NCBI GenBank assembly: GCA_963792905.1
Contig: CAWBYE010000025.1
Location: forward strand, 8,637 to 72,636
DNA length: 64,000 bases
DNA from: an uncultured Acidimicrobiaceae bacterium
GTDB lineage: Bacteria > Actinomycetota > Acidimicrobiia > Acidimicrobiales > Ilumatobacteraceae
Direction of reading: 5' to 3'
Positions 8,709 through 17,516 of this stretch are shown here, one piece after another. How positions within the stretch are numbered: position 1 is the first letter of the stretch; each line of letters starts with the position of its first letter. The translations under genes and the position numbers were made by a program. The notes under the pieces were generated by a model that was given only the letters and a program-made list of their open reading frames with translations, did not search any database and was not told the DNA's origin.

Positions 8709-9128
8709 TTATGTAGTGCTGCCACGCCTCTCGAAGTCGGCGGGCGTCATGACTGGGCGACGCTGCTCGTTCCATTCCAGGAGGTCTTTGTCGCCTGAGA
8801 CGACGACATCGACATCGTGAGTTCTTGCGAGTGCGATGAGGTAGTCGTCGTTCGGGTCGCGTGTCTCGGTCTTGACCTCGCCGGGGTCCTCGACGAGATC
8901 GACGACCGCCTCGATCGTTTCAACGAACAACGTCGCGTTCTGCAGACTGATCCACTTGCGGACACGAGGCCGAGTCGTGAGGACCTCGCGAACCTCTCCG
9001 AGGAGTTCCGGGCACATCACCACGTCGAAGTCGGCGGTCCCGGCCAACCACGCCGCGACGATTCGATGCGACGCACCACGCTGGATGGCAGCGGACACGA
9101 ACACGTTCGCATCGATGATGACCCGCAC
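8709..9128 (-). CDS. PIN-domain toxin (putative TA toxin)
   Basis: VIIDANVFVSA...LLGEV...RDPNDDYLIALA...VVSGDKDLL acidic PIN tetrad. Confidence 0.9.
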   Translation of the reverse strand: MRVIIDANVFVSAAIQRGASHRIVAAWLAGTADFDVVMCPELLGEVREVLTTRPRVRKWISLQNATLFVETIEAVVDLVEDPGEVKTETRDPNDDYLIALARTHDVDVVVSGDKDLLEWNEQRRPVMTPADFERRGSTT

Positions 9129-9143
9129 GCCTGAGGTGACCGA

Positions 9144-9461
9144 TCAACTCGTCGCGCGGCGACGACGTACTGCTCGTACCTCTTCGACCGCGAGTTCGAG
9201 TGCGTCGTCTTCGTCGAGCGTGCTGTTGGCATCCACGTTGGCGGCCATTGCTTCTCGTGTGGTGGCGGTGAAGCTCTCCCAGGCCGATTGCCGTGTGACG
9301 CCGAGGGCGTCGCCGATCTGTTGCCACGATGCGCCGGCGGATCGTGCGGCGATGACTTGCTCGCGACGAATCCGCTCAAGTTCGTGCTCGCTGTCGGTCA
9401 GGACGCGCAGCGCCGCCAACGGCTCTTGCGGCAGGGCATCCGGTACCACGATCACGCTCAT
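9144..9461 (-). CDS. HTH protein, putative antitoxin
   Basis: ARSAGASWQQIGDALGVTRQSAW HTH; directly upstream of the PIN gene on the same strand. Confidence 0.75.
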   Translation of the reverse strand: MSVIVVPDALPQEPLAALRVLTDSEHELERIRREQVIAARSAGASWQQIGDALGVTRQSAWESFTATTREAMAANVDANSTLDEDDALELAVEEVRAVRRRRATS

Positions 9462-9465
9462 GACT

Positions 9466-9481
9466 GTCAGGATACCCTGAC
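9466..9481. promoter_or_regulatory. Palindromic operator directly upstream of the antitoxin start
   Basis: GTCAGG-ATAC-CCTGAC, 4 bp from the ATG at 9461. Confidence 0.6.
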
Positions 9482-9578
9482 GGCGAGGGAGCGTCCACAC
9501 CGTCATTTCGTGACGCCGCAGTGGGGCCGAACTCGGTCACCGTCGACGAAACTGCAACCGTCATCATGAGTGCAGATA

Positions 9579-10421
9579 TCACTCCCACTCGTTGCCGGCG
9601 GCCAACCGTTCTGCCGCCTGCTCGGCCCGGCGCTTGCCGAACACCCGCATCGTGTCGTCGTCGATCGGGATCGTTCGTCTCGAGCGTTCGTTCTTCGCGT
9701 CGCTCCATCGTGGTCCCGCCTTGGTGGCGACCAGACTCTCGTCGATCCGCAGCGTGTTCGCCTTCACGTCGAGGTCATCCCAACGCAACGCGAGCACCTC
9801 GCTCCAACGCAAGCCATAGAGCACGCCAAGCCGAAACGCGATCGCCCAACGATGGTCGGCGGTAGCGGCGAGGAAGCGGTCGACCTGTTCCGCCGTCCAC
9901 GCGACCGTCTCCTTCTCCTTGACCGGCTTCGCCACCGCCCGAGGCAAGCCAACACGGGCCGCTGGGGAACGAGAGATCAGACCTTCGTCGACAGCCTCCG
10001 TCAACGCCGCCCGCAACACCGTCCGACAGATCTGCACGCTGCGCTTCGACAGCCGCCCGCCGGCGGCCAGCGCTTCGATCCATTGCGCCACATCGCCACG
10101 ATCCAACGTCGCCAAGGGAATCGCACCGAGACCGTCCTCGATGTGCGGGATCGCCCAGGCGTACTGCTCCTGCGCCTTCTCGGTGATGTCGGTTCGGCCG
10201 GCGACGTAGCGACGCACCAACCAGCTCACCGTCCCACGTTCCGTCGACCGATCTTCGGCGTTCATCGACCGAGCCGCGGCCAGCGCAGAACGCTGCGACA
10301 CGTACGTCCCGATCTGTCGCGGACGGAGTTTGCCGGTCGCGGTGTCGATCCCGTCGACGCGCACGACCCACGTGTCACGCTGTTTGCGGACTGTCGGCTG
10401 ACCGGTTGGCTTCCACGCCAT
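9579..10421 (-). pseudogene. Truncated tyrosine recombinase (phage/ICE integrase)
   Basis: Arm and SAM-like N-terminus plus the first catalytic box YGLRWSE; stops at ...GNEWE with no HxxR or catalytic Tyr region visible downstream in any frame. Confidence 0.85.
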
Positions 10422-10456
10422 GTCGCCACCCCCGAGGCTGATCGGCGCCCGGTGTT

Positions 10457-10477
10457 TGATACATCGCTGATACTTCG
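10457..10477. mobile_element. Direct repeats resembling integrase arm-type sites
   Basis: TGATACATCG (10457) and TGATACTTCG (10468), 11-bp period, between the tRNA 3' end and the integrase start. Confidence 0.5.
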
Positions 10478-10510
10478 ACGATTCGCCGGACTGCCGCCAA
10501 GCGGATCATG

Positions 10511-10536
10511 CCTGGTCAGACCTGGTCAGACCTGGT
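10511..10536. repeat. 10-bp tandem repeat CCTGGTCAGA x2.6 overlapping the tRNA CCA end
   Basis: cctggtcaga cctggtcaga cctggt. Confidence 0.85.
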
Positions 10537-10608
10537 GGAGACGATGGGAATCGAACCCACGACCCCCTGCTTGCAAAGCAGGTGCTCTGCCAACTGAGCT
10601 ACGTCCCC
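10533..10608 (-). tRNA. tRNA-Ala(TGC)
   Basis: 76 nt GGGGACGTAGCTCAG...CCTGC TT TGC AA GCAGG...GGTTCGATTCC...CTCCACCA. Confidence 0.97.
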
Positions 10609-10681
10609 TCGATCGGCGACAACACGCTAGCGGCGAATTTCCGGCCGGAGCGCGGAGGTTGACGGCCTCTACAGTCACGAC

Positions 10682-11944
10682 ATGCCCGCCAACCTCCAGT
10701 TCGGCTGCTTTCTCGCGCCCCACCACCCGGTCGGAGAGAACCCGGTGCTGCAGTTCCAGAGCGACCTCGCCCTCGTCGCCCACCTCGACCGACTCGGCTT
10801 CGACGAGTTCTGGTGCGGCGAACACCACTCCTCCGGCTGGGAGACGATTGCGTCACCCGAGATGTTCCTGGCCGCGGCCGCACAGCACAGCCACCGCATC
10901 CGACTCGGCACCGGCGTGACCAGCCTCCCGTACCACCACCCGTTCAACGTCGCCCAGCGGATCGTGCAGCTCGACCACATGACGAACGGTCGCGCCATGT
11001 TCGGCTCGGGACCCGGCGCCCTCCCCTCCGACGCCTACACCCACGGCATCGACCCGACGCTGCTGCGTGACCGGCAGGACGAGGCGCTCGGCGTGATCAT
11101 CCGGCTGCTCCGAGGCGGCGAGCGCTTCAGCCACGAGTGCGACTGGTTCCGACTCAACGAGGCCAAGTTGCAGCTCCTCCCGATCCAGGCCGACATGCCG
11201 ATGGTCACGGCCTCGTCGATTTCACCGTCTGGGATGACACTGGCCGGCAAGTACGGCATGGGTGCGCTCTCGATCGCGTCCGCGTCGACCGACGGCATCG
11301 ACGCATTGCCGACGCAATGGTCGTTCGCCGAAGAGGCGGCCGCGACGAACGGCCAGACCGTCGACCGGGCGAACTGGCGAGTGATGATGGCGTTCCACCT
11401 CGCCGAGACCGAGGAGGAGGCCCACCGCCAGGCCGTCGACGGGCTCCACCGCTGGCACAACGAGTACAACGTCTGGACGCTCGGCCGGCCGGGCGCGACC
11501 CACGTCGACGACAAATGGGAACTGCTCGAGCAGACCACGACCGGCGGGGCCACCGGCACCGGCACGTCGGTGATCGGCACCCCCGATCAGATGGTCGCTG
11601 CGATCCGCCGGCTCCAGGAGATCACCGGCGGCTTCGGTGTGGTGATGGGATTCGCCCACGACTGGGCGAATCGCGAGAACACGTTGCGGTCGTGGGATCT
11701 CTTCGCCCGCTACGTCATCCCGGAACTGCGCGGCATGACCGTGGGGTTGCGGGAGTCCCAAGAGTTCCTGCACGAACATCAGGCCGAGCTGATGGGTGGC
11801 GCCGGACGGGCGATCATGGCCAAGGTGATGGAGAACGCTCGGGCGGCCGACGCGATGAAGATCACCACCGAACGCAACCAGCGGCGAGCGGCAGCGAACG
11901 AACAAACCGAATTCCGTCCCGGCGCAGGCGTCCCCAAGGCGTAG
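10682..11944 (+). CDS. LLM-class flavin-dependent monooxygenase (limonene monooxygenase-like)
   Basis: LDRLGFDEFWCGEHHS, RIRLGTGV.SLPYHHP, GRAMFG.GPGAL.SD. Confidence 0.88.
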   Translation: MPANLQFGCFLAPHHPVGENPVLQFQSDLALVAHLDRLGFDEFWCGEHHSSGWETIASPEMFLAAAAQHSHRIRLGTGVTSLPYHHPFNVAQRIVQLDHMTNGRAMFGSGPGALPSDAYTHGIDPTLLRDRQDEALGVIIRLLRGGERFSHECDWFRLNEAKLQLLPIQADMPMVTASSISPSGMTLAGKYGMGALSIASASTDGIDALPTQWSFAEEAAATNGQTVDRANWRVMMAFHLAETEEEAHRQAVDGLHRWHNEYNVWTLGRPGATHVDDKWELLEQTTTGGATGTGTSVIGTPDQMVAAIRRLQEITGGFGVVMGFAHDWANRENTLRSWDLFARYVIPELRGMTVGLRESQEFLHEHQAELMGGAGRAIMAKVMENARAADAMKITTERNQRRAAANEQTEFRPGAGVPKA

Positions 11945-12077
11945 CGATCCGGGTCAGACCCGAACCGTCACGCTTGGGACCGGTTCGTGCGAGCACACGG
12001 CGCGACGAACCGGGACCGCGTCCAGGTTGTGAGCGGGGAGACCGAACCCGGCGATCCCACGAACTGGCCGACTCGGG

Positions 12078-12278
12078 TCAGTCCTTGAGTGCGACGGCGT
12101 TCGGGGTCACGTTCATCTTCGGTTCGTACTCTGCGAGATCGACGACGCGGCCCTCGCTGCGGAACATCTCGCGCAGCTGAGATCGGCACGACTCGCACGG
12201 TCCGTAAAACCGAGCTTCGGTCGTCGACTGGCATCGCGGGCACGTGATCTCCACGTCGGCGATGGTACCGGGCGACAA
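12078..12278 (-). CDS. Small zinc-ribbon-like hypothetical protein
   Basis: 66 aa with CPRC...CESC; fills the gap between flanking genes; start uncertain. Confidence 0.6.
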   Translation of the reverse strand: MSPGTIADVEITCPRCQSTTEARFYGPCESCRSQLREMFRSEGRVVDLAEYEPKMNVTPNAVALKD

Positions 12279-12329
12279 TCTCGTGACAAGTGACGCATCA
12301 TCCGGCCGCGTTGCCTACAGTCCACCACG

Positions 12330-13739
12330 ATGTCCGACGACGCAACGGCCGCCCCACCAGCGGCGACCACACCCAGCGGTGGCCACCCGCGTCTGAAACC
12401 TCCCCCCAACTATGCGGCCCGCCGGATGCTCGTGACCACGGTCGGGATCATGGCCGTCGTGGCGTTCGCCGTGGTGGGCTGGACGGTAATCCGGAACGAC
12501 GACGACCTGGCAGGTGGCCCGGCGGGCAGTTGGAACGAGATCGCCCTGATCAACCCGGCGACGGGGGCGATCACGGTCGTCGACGACTCCGGTGAAACGG
12601 CTCGCACCGTGGTCGGTCGCGGACGGGTCTCCGAGGTCTACACGATCGACGATCACATGGCGTTGATCGGCACGAGCCAGATCGTGCTCGAGGGTGGCGA
12701 CGAAACGGTCGCCGTTCCGATCGAACGGTCGAACACCGTCGCCCCGGTCCACACCGTCGACCAACTGCACCTCGTGATCGGCACGAGTTCCGGGGGCGAC
12801 GTGGACATCATCGACGTCGGCACCGGTGACATGCTCGACATCGCGGCCGTCGCCGACCTGACCAGTCCGCGGCTGTTCGCCGAAACGATCCGCTGGTCAG
12901 CCGACGGTACCCGCTTCGCCGTGGCGGACGCCGCCTTCTTCCGGACGATCGTGGTCGAATACGGCCTCGAAGAGGCAAGCTTCTTCGCCTCGCAGCCGGT
13001 GGCATTGAACGACGACCTCCTGGCGACCAGCCAGGTGATCAACCGTCAGGCCGACATCGAGCTGTTCGATCGCGAGCGCGAGAGCCAGGTTCGGGTCGCC
13101 ACCGAGATCCCGGCCGGCGGCGTGATGGTCGATGACGACCTGCTCATGGTCGCGGTGAACGGCGGCGTGTACCGGGTCTCGGGCGGCGAGAGCGAAGCCG
13201 AGCGGATCGGTGCCGTCGCCGTGCCGTCCGGTGCGACGGTGACGAGCGTGCACCCGACCGCCGACGGAACGCGACTCGTCGTCGCTGGTGCCGTGTTCCA
13301 GACCGTGATCGATTTGGACGGACGAACACTGTTCACGACCACCTTCACGTCACCCGTCGAGACTCCTGCGCCGCACCCGGTGTGGACCTGCCTGCCGGTC
13401 GGCGGTGACGAGACGTACCACTCGATCGTGGCGCTGGAGACCGGCGAGCAACTCGCCGACCTGTCGGGCTTGGAGGTGACCGGAACATCGAGCGACGGGT
13501 GCACCGTGCTCGGTCAGCGTGGCGATCTCAGCGAGGTCGTCACCGTCGACGGCACCGTGTCACTCGGCCGGGTCCGCTCAGCTGCGCTCGGCCCCGACGG
13601 TCGGACCGTCGTGCGCACGACCCTCAGCGGTACCACCGAGATGCTCCGGATCGACGACGATCTCGTCGTCGGTGAGCCGGTCGACCTCAGCGCCGTGGCC
13701 CCGTCGAACCCCATCGTCGCCTTCCTCGACGAGGTCTGA
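12330..13739 (+). CDS. Membrane-anchored hypothetical protein, beta-rich (possible propeller)
   Basis: 469 aa; one hydrophobic segment near residues 33-53, then short beta-strand-like repeats (WSADG, ALGPDGR). Confidence 0.7.
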   Translation: MSDDATAAPPAATTPSGGHPRLKPPPNYAARRMLVTTVGIMAVVAFAVVGWTVIRNDDDLAGGPAGSWNEIALINPATGAITVVDDSGETARTVVGRGRVSEVYTIDDHMALIGTSQIVLEGGDETVAVPIERSNTVAPVHTVDQLHLVIGTSSGGDVDIIDVGTGDMLDIAAVADLTSPRLFAETIRWSADGTRFAVADAAFFRTIVVEYGLEEASFFASQPVALNDDLLATSQVINRQADIELFDRERESQVRVATEIPAGGVMVDDDLLMVAVNGGVYRVSGGESEAERIGAVAVPSGATVTSVHPTADGTRLVVAGAVFQTVIDLDGRTLFTTTFTSPVETPAPHPVWTCLPVGGDETYHSIVALETGEQLADLSGLEVTGTSSDGCTVLGQRGDLSEVVTVDGTVSLGRVRSAALGPDGRTVVRTTLSGTTEMLRIDDDLVVGEPVDLSAVAPSNPIVAFLDEV

Positions 13740-13876
13740 CGCGCGGTGTCTCCGTGGCGCCCGATGCGCCGTCCACCGGAGACCATGCGAGCTGCTCGAC
13801 AGTGGCCGAGGTCGGGTGACCGGCCCGACCGGTGGCCGGGATCGAGGGGCCGACTCCACTCCACCGGCCGTTCCGG

Positions 13877-14539
13877 TCAGGATCCGCCGGAGGCGATCGG
13901 CTCGGCGCCCGACTCGAACAGGATCTCACTGCCGACCGGACGGAAACCGCACGCCAGGAATGCACGCACCGACGCCGCATTCCCCGGAGCGATCTGTGCG
14001 AACACCCAGGTGTCGATCGGGACGTCCGCGAGCGCACCGAGGATCAGCGTCCGTCCCACACCGATGCCGTGATCGCCCGAGACGACTTCGACCGACAACT
14101 CGCGGCGACCGGCCAGCCCCGTGCCGATCGTCACCAGGCCGCGCTCGTCGCCGAACACCTCGACATCGCGGCGGTGGTGTCGGGCGCGGCTGACACGCTG
14201 ATGGCCGTCGTGATCCGCCGTCACCGGCAGCGGCATCGACCCCGACCCGCCGCGCCGGGCCATCACCAGGTCGTGCGACCCGATCACCGCGTGCTCGCCA
14301 GCGACGTCGAGAACGAACCGGGGCTGAGACACCCCACCGAAGGCATCGAGACCGCAGAAGACCGGGTCGCCCTCCGGACGTTCGCTGAGCACGAAGGCGT
14401 GCCCGGTGAACTCGATGATGGCCCCGGTCCCCGCCCGGTCGGACGGCAGCACCTCGACGCGGCCGTCGACATCGGGGAACACGCCGTTCCCCGCAGCGTG
14501 CAGCACGGCGAGCAGCGGGTGGGGGGATGACGCTGACAC
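13877..14539 (-). CDS. GNAT family N-acetyltransferase
   Basis: C-terminal HGIGVGR...AQIAPGNAASVRAFLACGF acetyl-CoA motif; start estimated. Confidence 0.7.
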   Translation of the reverse strand: MSASSPHPLLAVLHAAGNGVFPDVDGRVEVLPSDRAGTGAIIEFTGHAFVLSERPEGDPVFCGLDAFGGVSQPRFVLDVAGEHAVIGSHDLVMARRGGSGSMPLPVTADHDGHQRVSRARHHRRDVEVFGDERGLVTIGTGLAGRRELSVEVVSGDHGIGVGRTLILGALADVPIDTWVFAQIAPGNAASVRAFLACGFRPVGSEILFESGAEPIASGGS

Positions 14540-14564
14540 GGCACTCGACACTAGGTTCTCCCCG

Positions 14565-14771
14565 ATGAGGGTCGAGGTTCGGCGCGCGACACGGGACGAC
14601 CTCGACGTCGTGCTGGAGCTCCGCGAGTGCGTGGAGCACGACTGCCGGCTGCGCTGCGCCGAGCGCAGCTTCCTCGAGACCGAACTCCCCAACGAGATCG
14701 CCCGTCGGCTCTACGAGCGTCATGGCTACATCGAGGACAGCTCGATCTGGATGTCGAAGGAACTGTCCTGA
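14565..14771 (+). pseudogene. Internally deleted GNAT (68 aa)
   Basis: N-terminal VRRATRDDL joined directly to C-terminal FLETELPNEIARRLYERHGY; central motif A missing. Confidence 0.55.
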
Positions 14772-15427
14772 GACCCGCCCTCGCCATCACACTCGCCACA
14801 TTGACGTTCGCGTCGACCGGTTGTGCTCCCGATCCGCCGAGAGCCGTGGTCGGCCTGGTCGTCGACTCCTGCGACCCCGGCCAGGATTTGGGCAGCGGGA
14901 TGGTCGTCGCTCCCGGCCTCGCGTTGACCTCCGCCCACGTCGTCGCCGGGGCGAACGAGATCACGGTCGAGCAGCGCGGTCGGTCGAGCCTCGGCACCGT
15001 CGTGGGGTTCGACCCGGAGATGGACCTCGCCTACGTGGCCTTCGACGCGTTGTCGACGTGGATCCCCGAGGTGGGCAGCGACCACATCGAACCCGATGAC
15101 ACCGGCGTCGCGTATGTCGTCCGCGACCACGTGGTCACCGAGGTCCCGGTCCGCGTCCGGCGACGGGTGCAGATCCGCACCGAAGACATCTACATCGATG
15201 CCGACACGTTGCGCCCCGGCATCGAACTCGACGCCGAGATCACCCGCGGCGATTCGGGTGGCGCCGTGATGATCGACGGCAAGGTGGTCGGTGTGATCTG
15301 GGCACGGAGCAACCGATTCGACGAACGCGCCTACGCAATCGATGCCGTGCGGGCCGCAGATCTCATCGCACAGCAGCTGGCCACCGGCCGCCTCGGACCC
15401 GACGTCGACATCACGCGCTGCCACTGA
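14768..15427 (+). CDS. Trypsin-like (S1) serine protease, probable lipoprotein
   Basis: LTSAHVV, DLAYV, GDSGG triad; lipobox-like ASTGC; start uncertain (CTG overlapping the upstream stop). Confidence 0.8.
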   Translation: MRPALAITLATLTFASTGCAPDPPRAVVGLVVDSCDPGQDLGSGMVVAPGLALTSAHVVAGANEITVEQRGRSSLGTVVGFDPEMDLAYVAFDALSTWIPEVGSDHIEPDDTGVAYVVRDHVVTEVPVRVRRRVQIRTEDIYIDADTLRPGIELDAEITRGDSGGAVMIDGKVVGVIWARSNRFDERAYAIDAVRAADLIAQQLATGRLGPDVDITRCH

Positions 15428-15519
15428 GCGGGCGCGTCACGGCGGAGTGATCGCATCCGACTCGTCCCACAGGTCGTGCCCTGACCGATCGGGCTTCCAG
15501 CAGAACCACCTGCCCGTGA

Positions 15520-15790
15520 TCAGCCGGCAGTTGCGGGTCGACGAGTGTCTGCCGGCACGACCGGGCCCACGTCGCCGGGGCCGGGCAGGTCGTTCCAGAG
15601 CCTGCTCGTGATCCACAGCCCGTCGCGAGTGACCTTCCCCCCGGCGAGCGGGTCGGTGAGCCGCCGTCCGGTGGCTGCCTCGTTGCCGTTCACCGACGCG
15701 CAGTCGAGGTGTCGACAGCCGAGCGAGATCGCATCGGTGACCGCACGCACCACAGTGTCGTGGCCGTCGTGGTCGGAGCCGAATGTCCGA
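15520..15790 (-). pseudogene. Aldo/keto reductase N-terminal fragment
   Basis: AVTDAISLGCRHLDCASVNGNE...TRDGLWITSRLWND aligns by eye to AKR GYRHxDxAxxYxNE...RxxLFITSKLWN; no C-terminal two-thirds. Confidence 0.65.
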
Positions 15791-15883
15791 GCCCGATCGC
15801 CGGAATCGGATCGCTGTTCCGACGTCGATGCGTCGGGACGCTCGCCGGATCTGCTGCGTCGTGGTGGACGGCGCCGGCCACCG

Positions 15884-17281
15884 TCAGTCGGCCAGGTCTT
15901 CGGGGTACCAGAAGCCCGGGAGCTGATTCGTGGTGCCCTCGGCGTAGGCGGCCAAGCGCGCCAGCGCTTCGGAGTCGAACACGTCGATGATGTCGAACAC
16001 TGCGCGGGGACCGGCCGAACGCAACGCCAGATCGAACTCCGAGCGGTGCTTCGGAAGCGCCGACGTGAGCACGAGCACCCGCTCGCCGAGCCCGCGCAAC
16101 ACGTGGGCTCGGCCGAGCGTCCGCCAGACGGCGTCGGCCGACGTGAGCCCGCCGCGATACCGCACGAACGCACCCCCGAGCTCGATCACCCATCGGCCGC
16201 CATCGACGTCCGCGACCACGTCGTGCACGACGAGCCCGCTGCCCTTCACCCGCACACCCGGGCCCTCGCCGTCGGGGAACCCGGCGACGGCGAGGACCTC
16301 GGCGACCCGATCCTTCGAACCGGATTGACGATCCGGATCGGGTTCGTACGGGTCACCCTCTTCGGTCACCCGCATCTCGGCGAGCTCGACGTAGCCAGCG
16401 TCGAGGTCGTACCCCACGTAGCGCCGCCCCAACCGGGACGCGGCGACCAGCGTCGAGCCGCTTCCCATGAACGGGTCGAGGACGAGATCGTCGGTGTAGG
16501 TGTACAGCTCGATCAGCTTCTCGGGCAGCTCGATCGGGAACGGTGCCGGATGACCGACACGCCGAGCGCTCTCCGACGGCGTGTGCCACACGTCGAGCGT
16601 GAGCGCCATGAAGTCCTCGGTGCTGATCGTCGATTCGTGTGGCAACCCGTCGCGGCGCCGTTGCTCCTGGGTCAGCGCCCGCTGGAACCGCCCCTTGCTG
16701 GCCACGATCACCCGCTCGGTCACATCGCGGAGCACTGGGTTCGACGGGCTGCGGAACGATCCCCAAGCACACGATCCGCTCGCGCCGGCCCCCTTCTGCC
16801 AGATGATCTCACCACGCAGCAGCAACCCGAGCCGATCCTGGAGCACGTGGATCACGTCGGAGGCGAGGCTCCGGTACGGCTTGCGACCCAGATTGGCGAT
16901 GTTGACGCAGATCCGACCACCCGGCTCGAGCACCCGAACGCAATCGGCGAACACGTCGTGCAGGAGCTCCAGGTATTCGAGGTAGGAGCTCGGCACTCCA
17001 TCGCGTTCGAGCTCTTCTTCGTATTGCTTGCCCGCGAAATAGGGGGGCGAGGTGACGATCAGCGCCACCGTCCCGTCGCGAACGGTTCGCATGTGGCGGG
17101 AATCGCCGACCACGAACGGTTCGGCGACCGGTTCGGCCGCGAACACGGTGGTGTCGTCGTCGAGCTGCGGTGGTTCGAAACGGCCGTAGAAGCCCGACGC
17201 GTCGTGCGATTCGCGTCGGCTCACCCCGAAGTTGGACGTGGTGGTACCACGAGCGCGCGCGGTCGTCGCCTCATCCGACAT
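15884..17281 (-). CDS. Beta-class N4-C/N6-A DNA methyltransferase with an extra C-terminal domain
   Basis: Motif IV TSPPY precedes motif I DPFMGSGST; about 150 extra aa at the C-terminus. Confidence 0.88.
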   Translation of the reverse strand: MSDEATTARARGTTTSNFGVSRRESHDASGFYGRFEPPQLDDDTTVFAAEPVAEPFVVGDSRHMRTVRDGTVALIVTSPPYFAGKQYEEELERDGVPSSYLEYLELLHDVFADCVRVLEPGGRICVNIANLGRKPYRSLASDVIHVLQDRLGLLLRGEIIWQKGAGASGSCAWGSFRSPSNPVLRDVTERVIVASKGRFQRALTQEQRRRDGLPHESTISTEDFMALTLDVWHTPSESARRVGHPAPFPIELPEKLIELYTYTDDLVLDPFMGSGSTLVAASRLGRRYVGYDLDAGYVELAEMRVTEEGDPYEPDPDRQSGSKDRVAEVLAVAGFPDGEGPGVRVKGSGLVVHDVVADVDGGRWVIELGGAFVRYRGGLTSADAVWRTLGRAHVLRGLGERVLVLTSALPKHRSEFDLALRSAGPRAVFDIIDVFDSEALARLAAYAEGTTNQLPGFWYPEDLAD

Positions 17282-17516
17282 CGTGGGTCAGGCTACGCGA
17301 CCGCTCGCACGCAGCGGGCGACCCTCCGCGTCGACGGACACCGATCGAGACAGCACCAGCAGGAAGAGCAGGTGATCGGGGCGCCGAGACCGGATTCGAC
17401 GTCGCGGGAGTGCTGCAGCGGTTCGAACCCGATCTCACCTGCGCCGGCCATCATCCATCCATCGCCCAGATCCGTGACCGACCCCTTCGTGAACCAGCAT
17501 CTGCCCGGGGCGATCC

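Noticed and set aside
8685-8720. attC- or dif-like site at the PIN stop (ACATAAC...GTTGACG; TTATGTAG)
   Set aside because: The R boxes do not fit RYYYAAC/GTTRRRY, no XerC-type arm sits 6 bp from TTATG, and no integron integrase is present.
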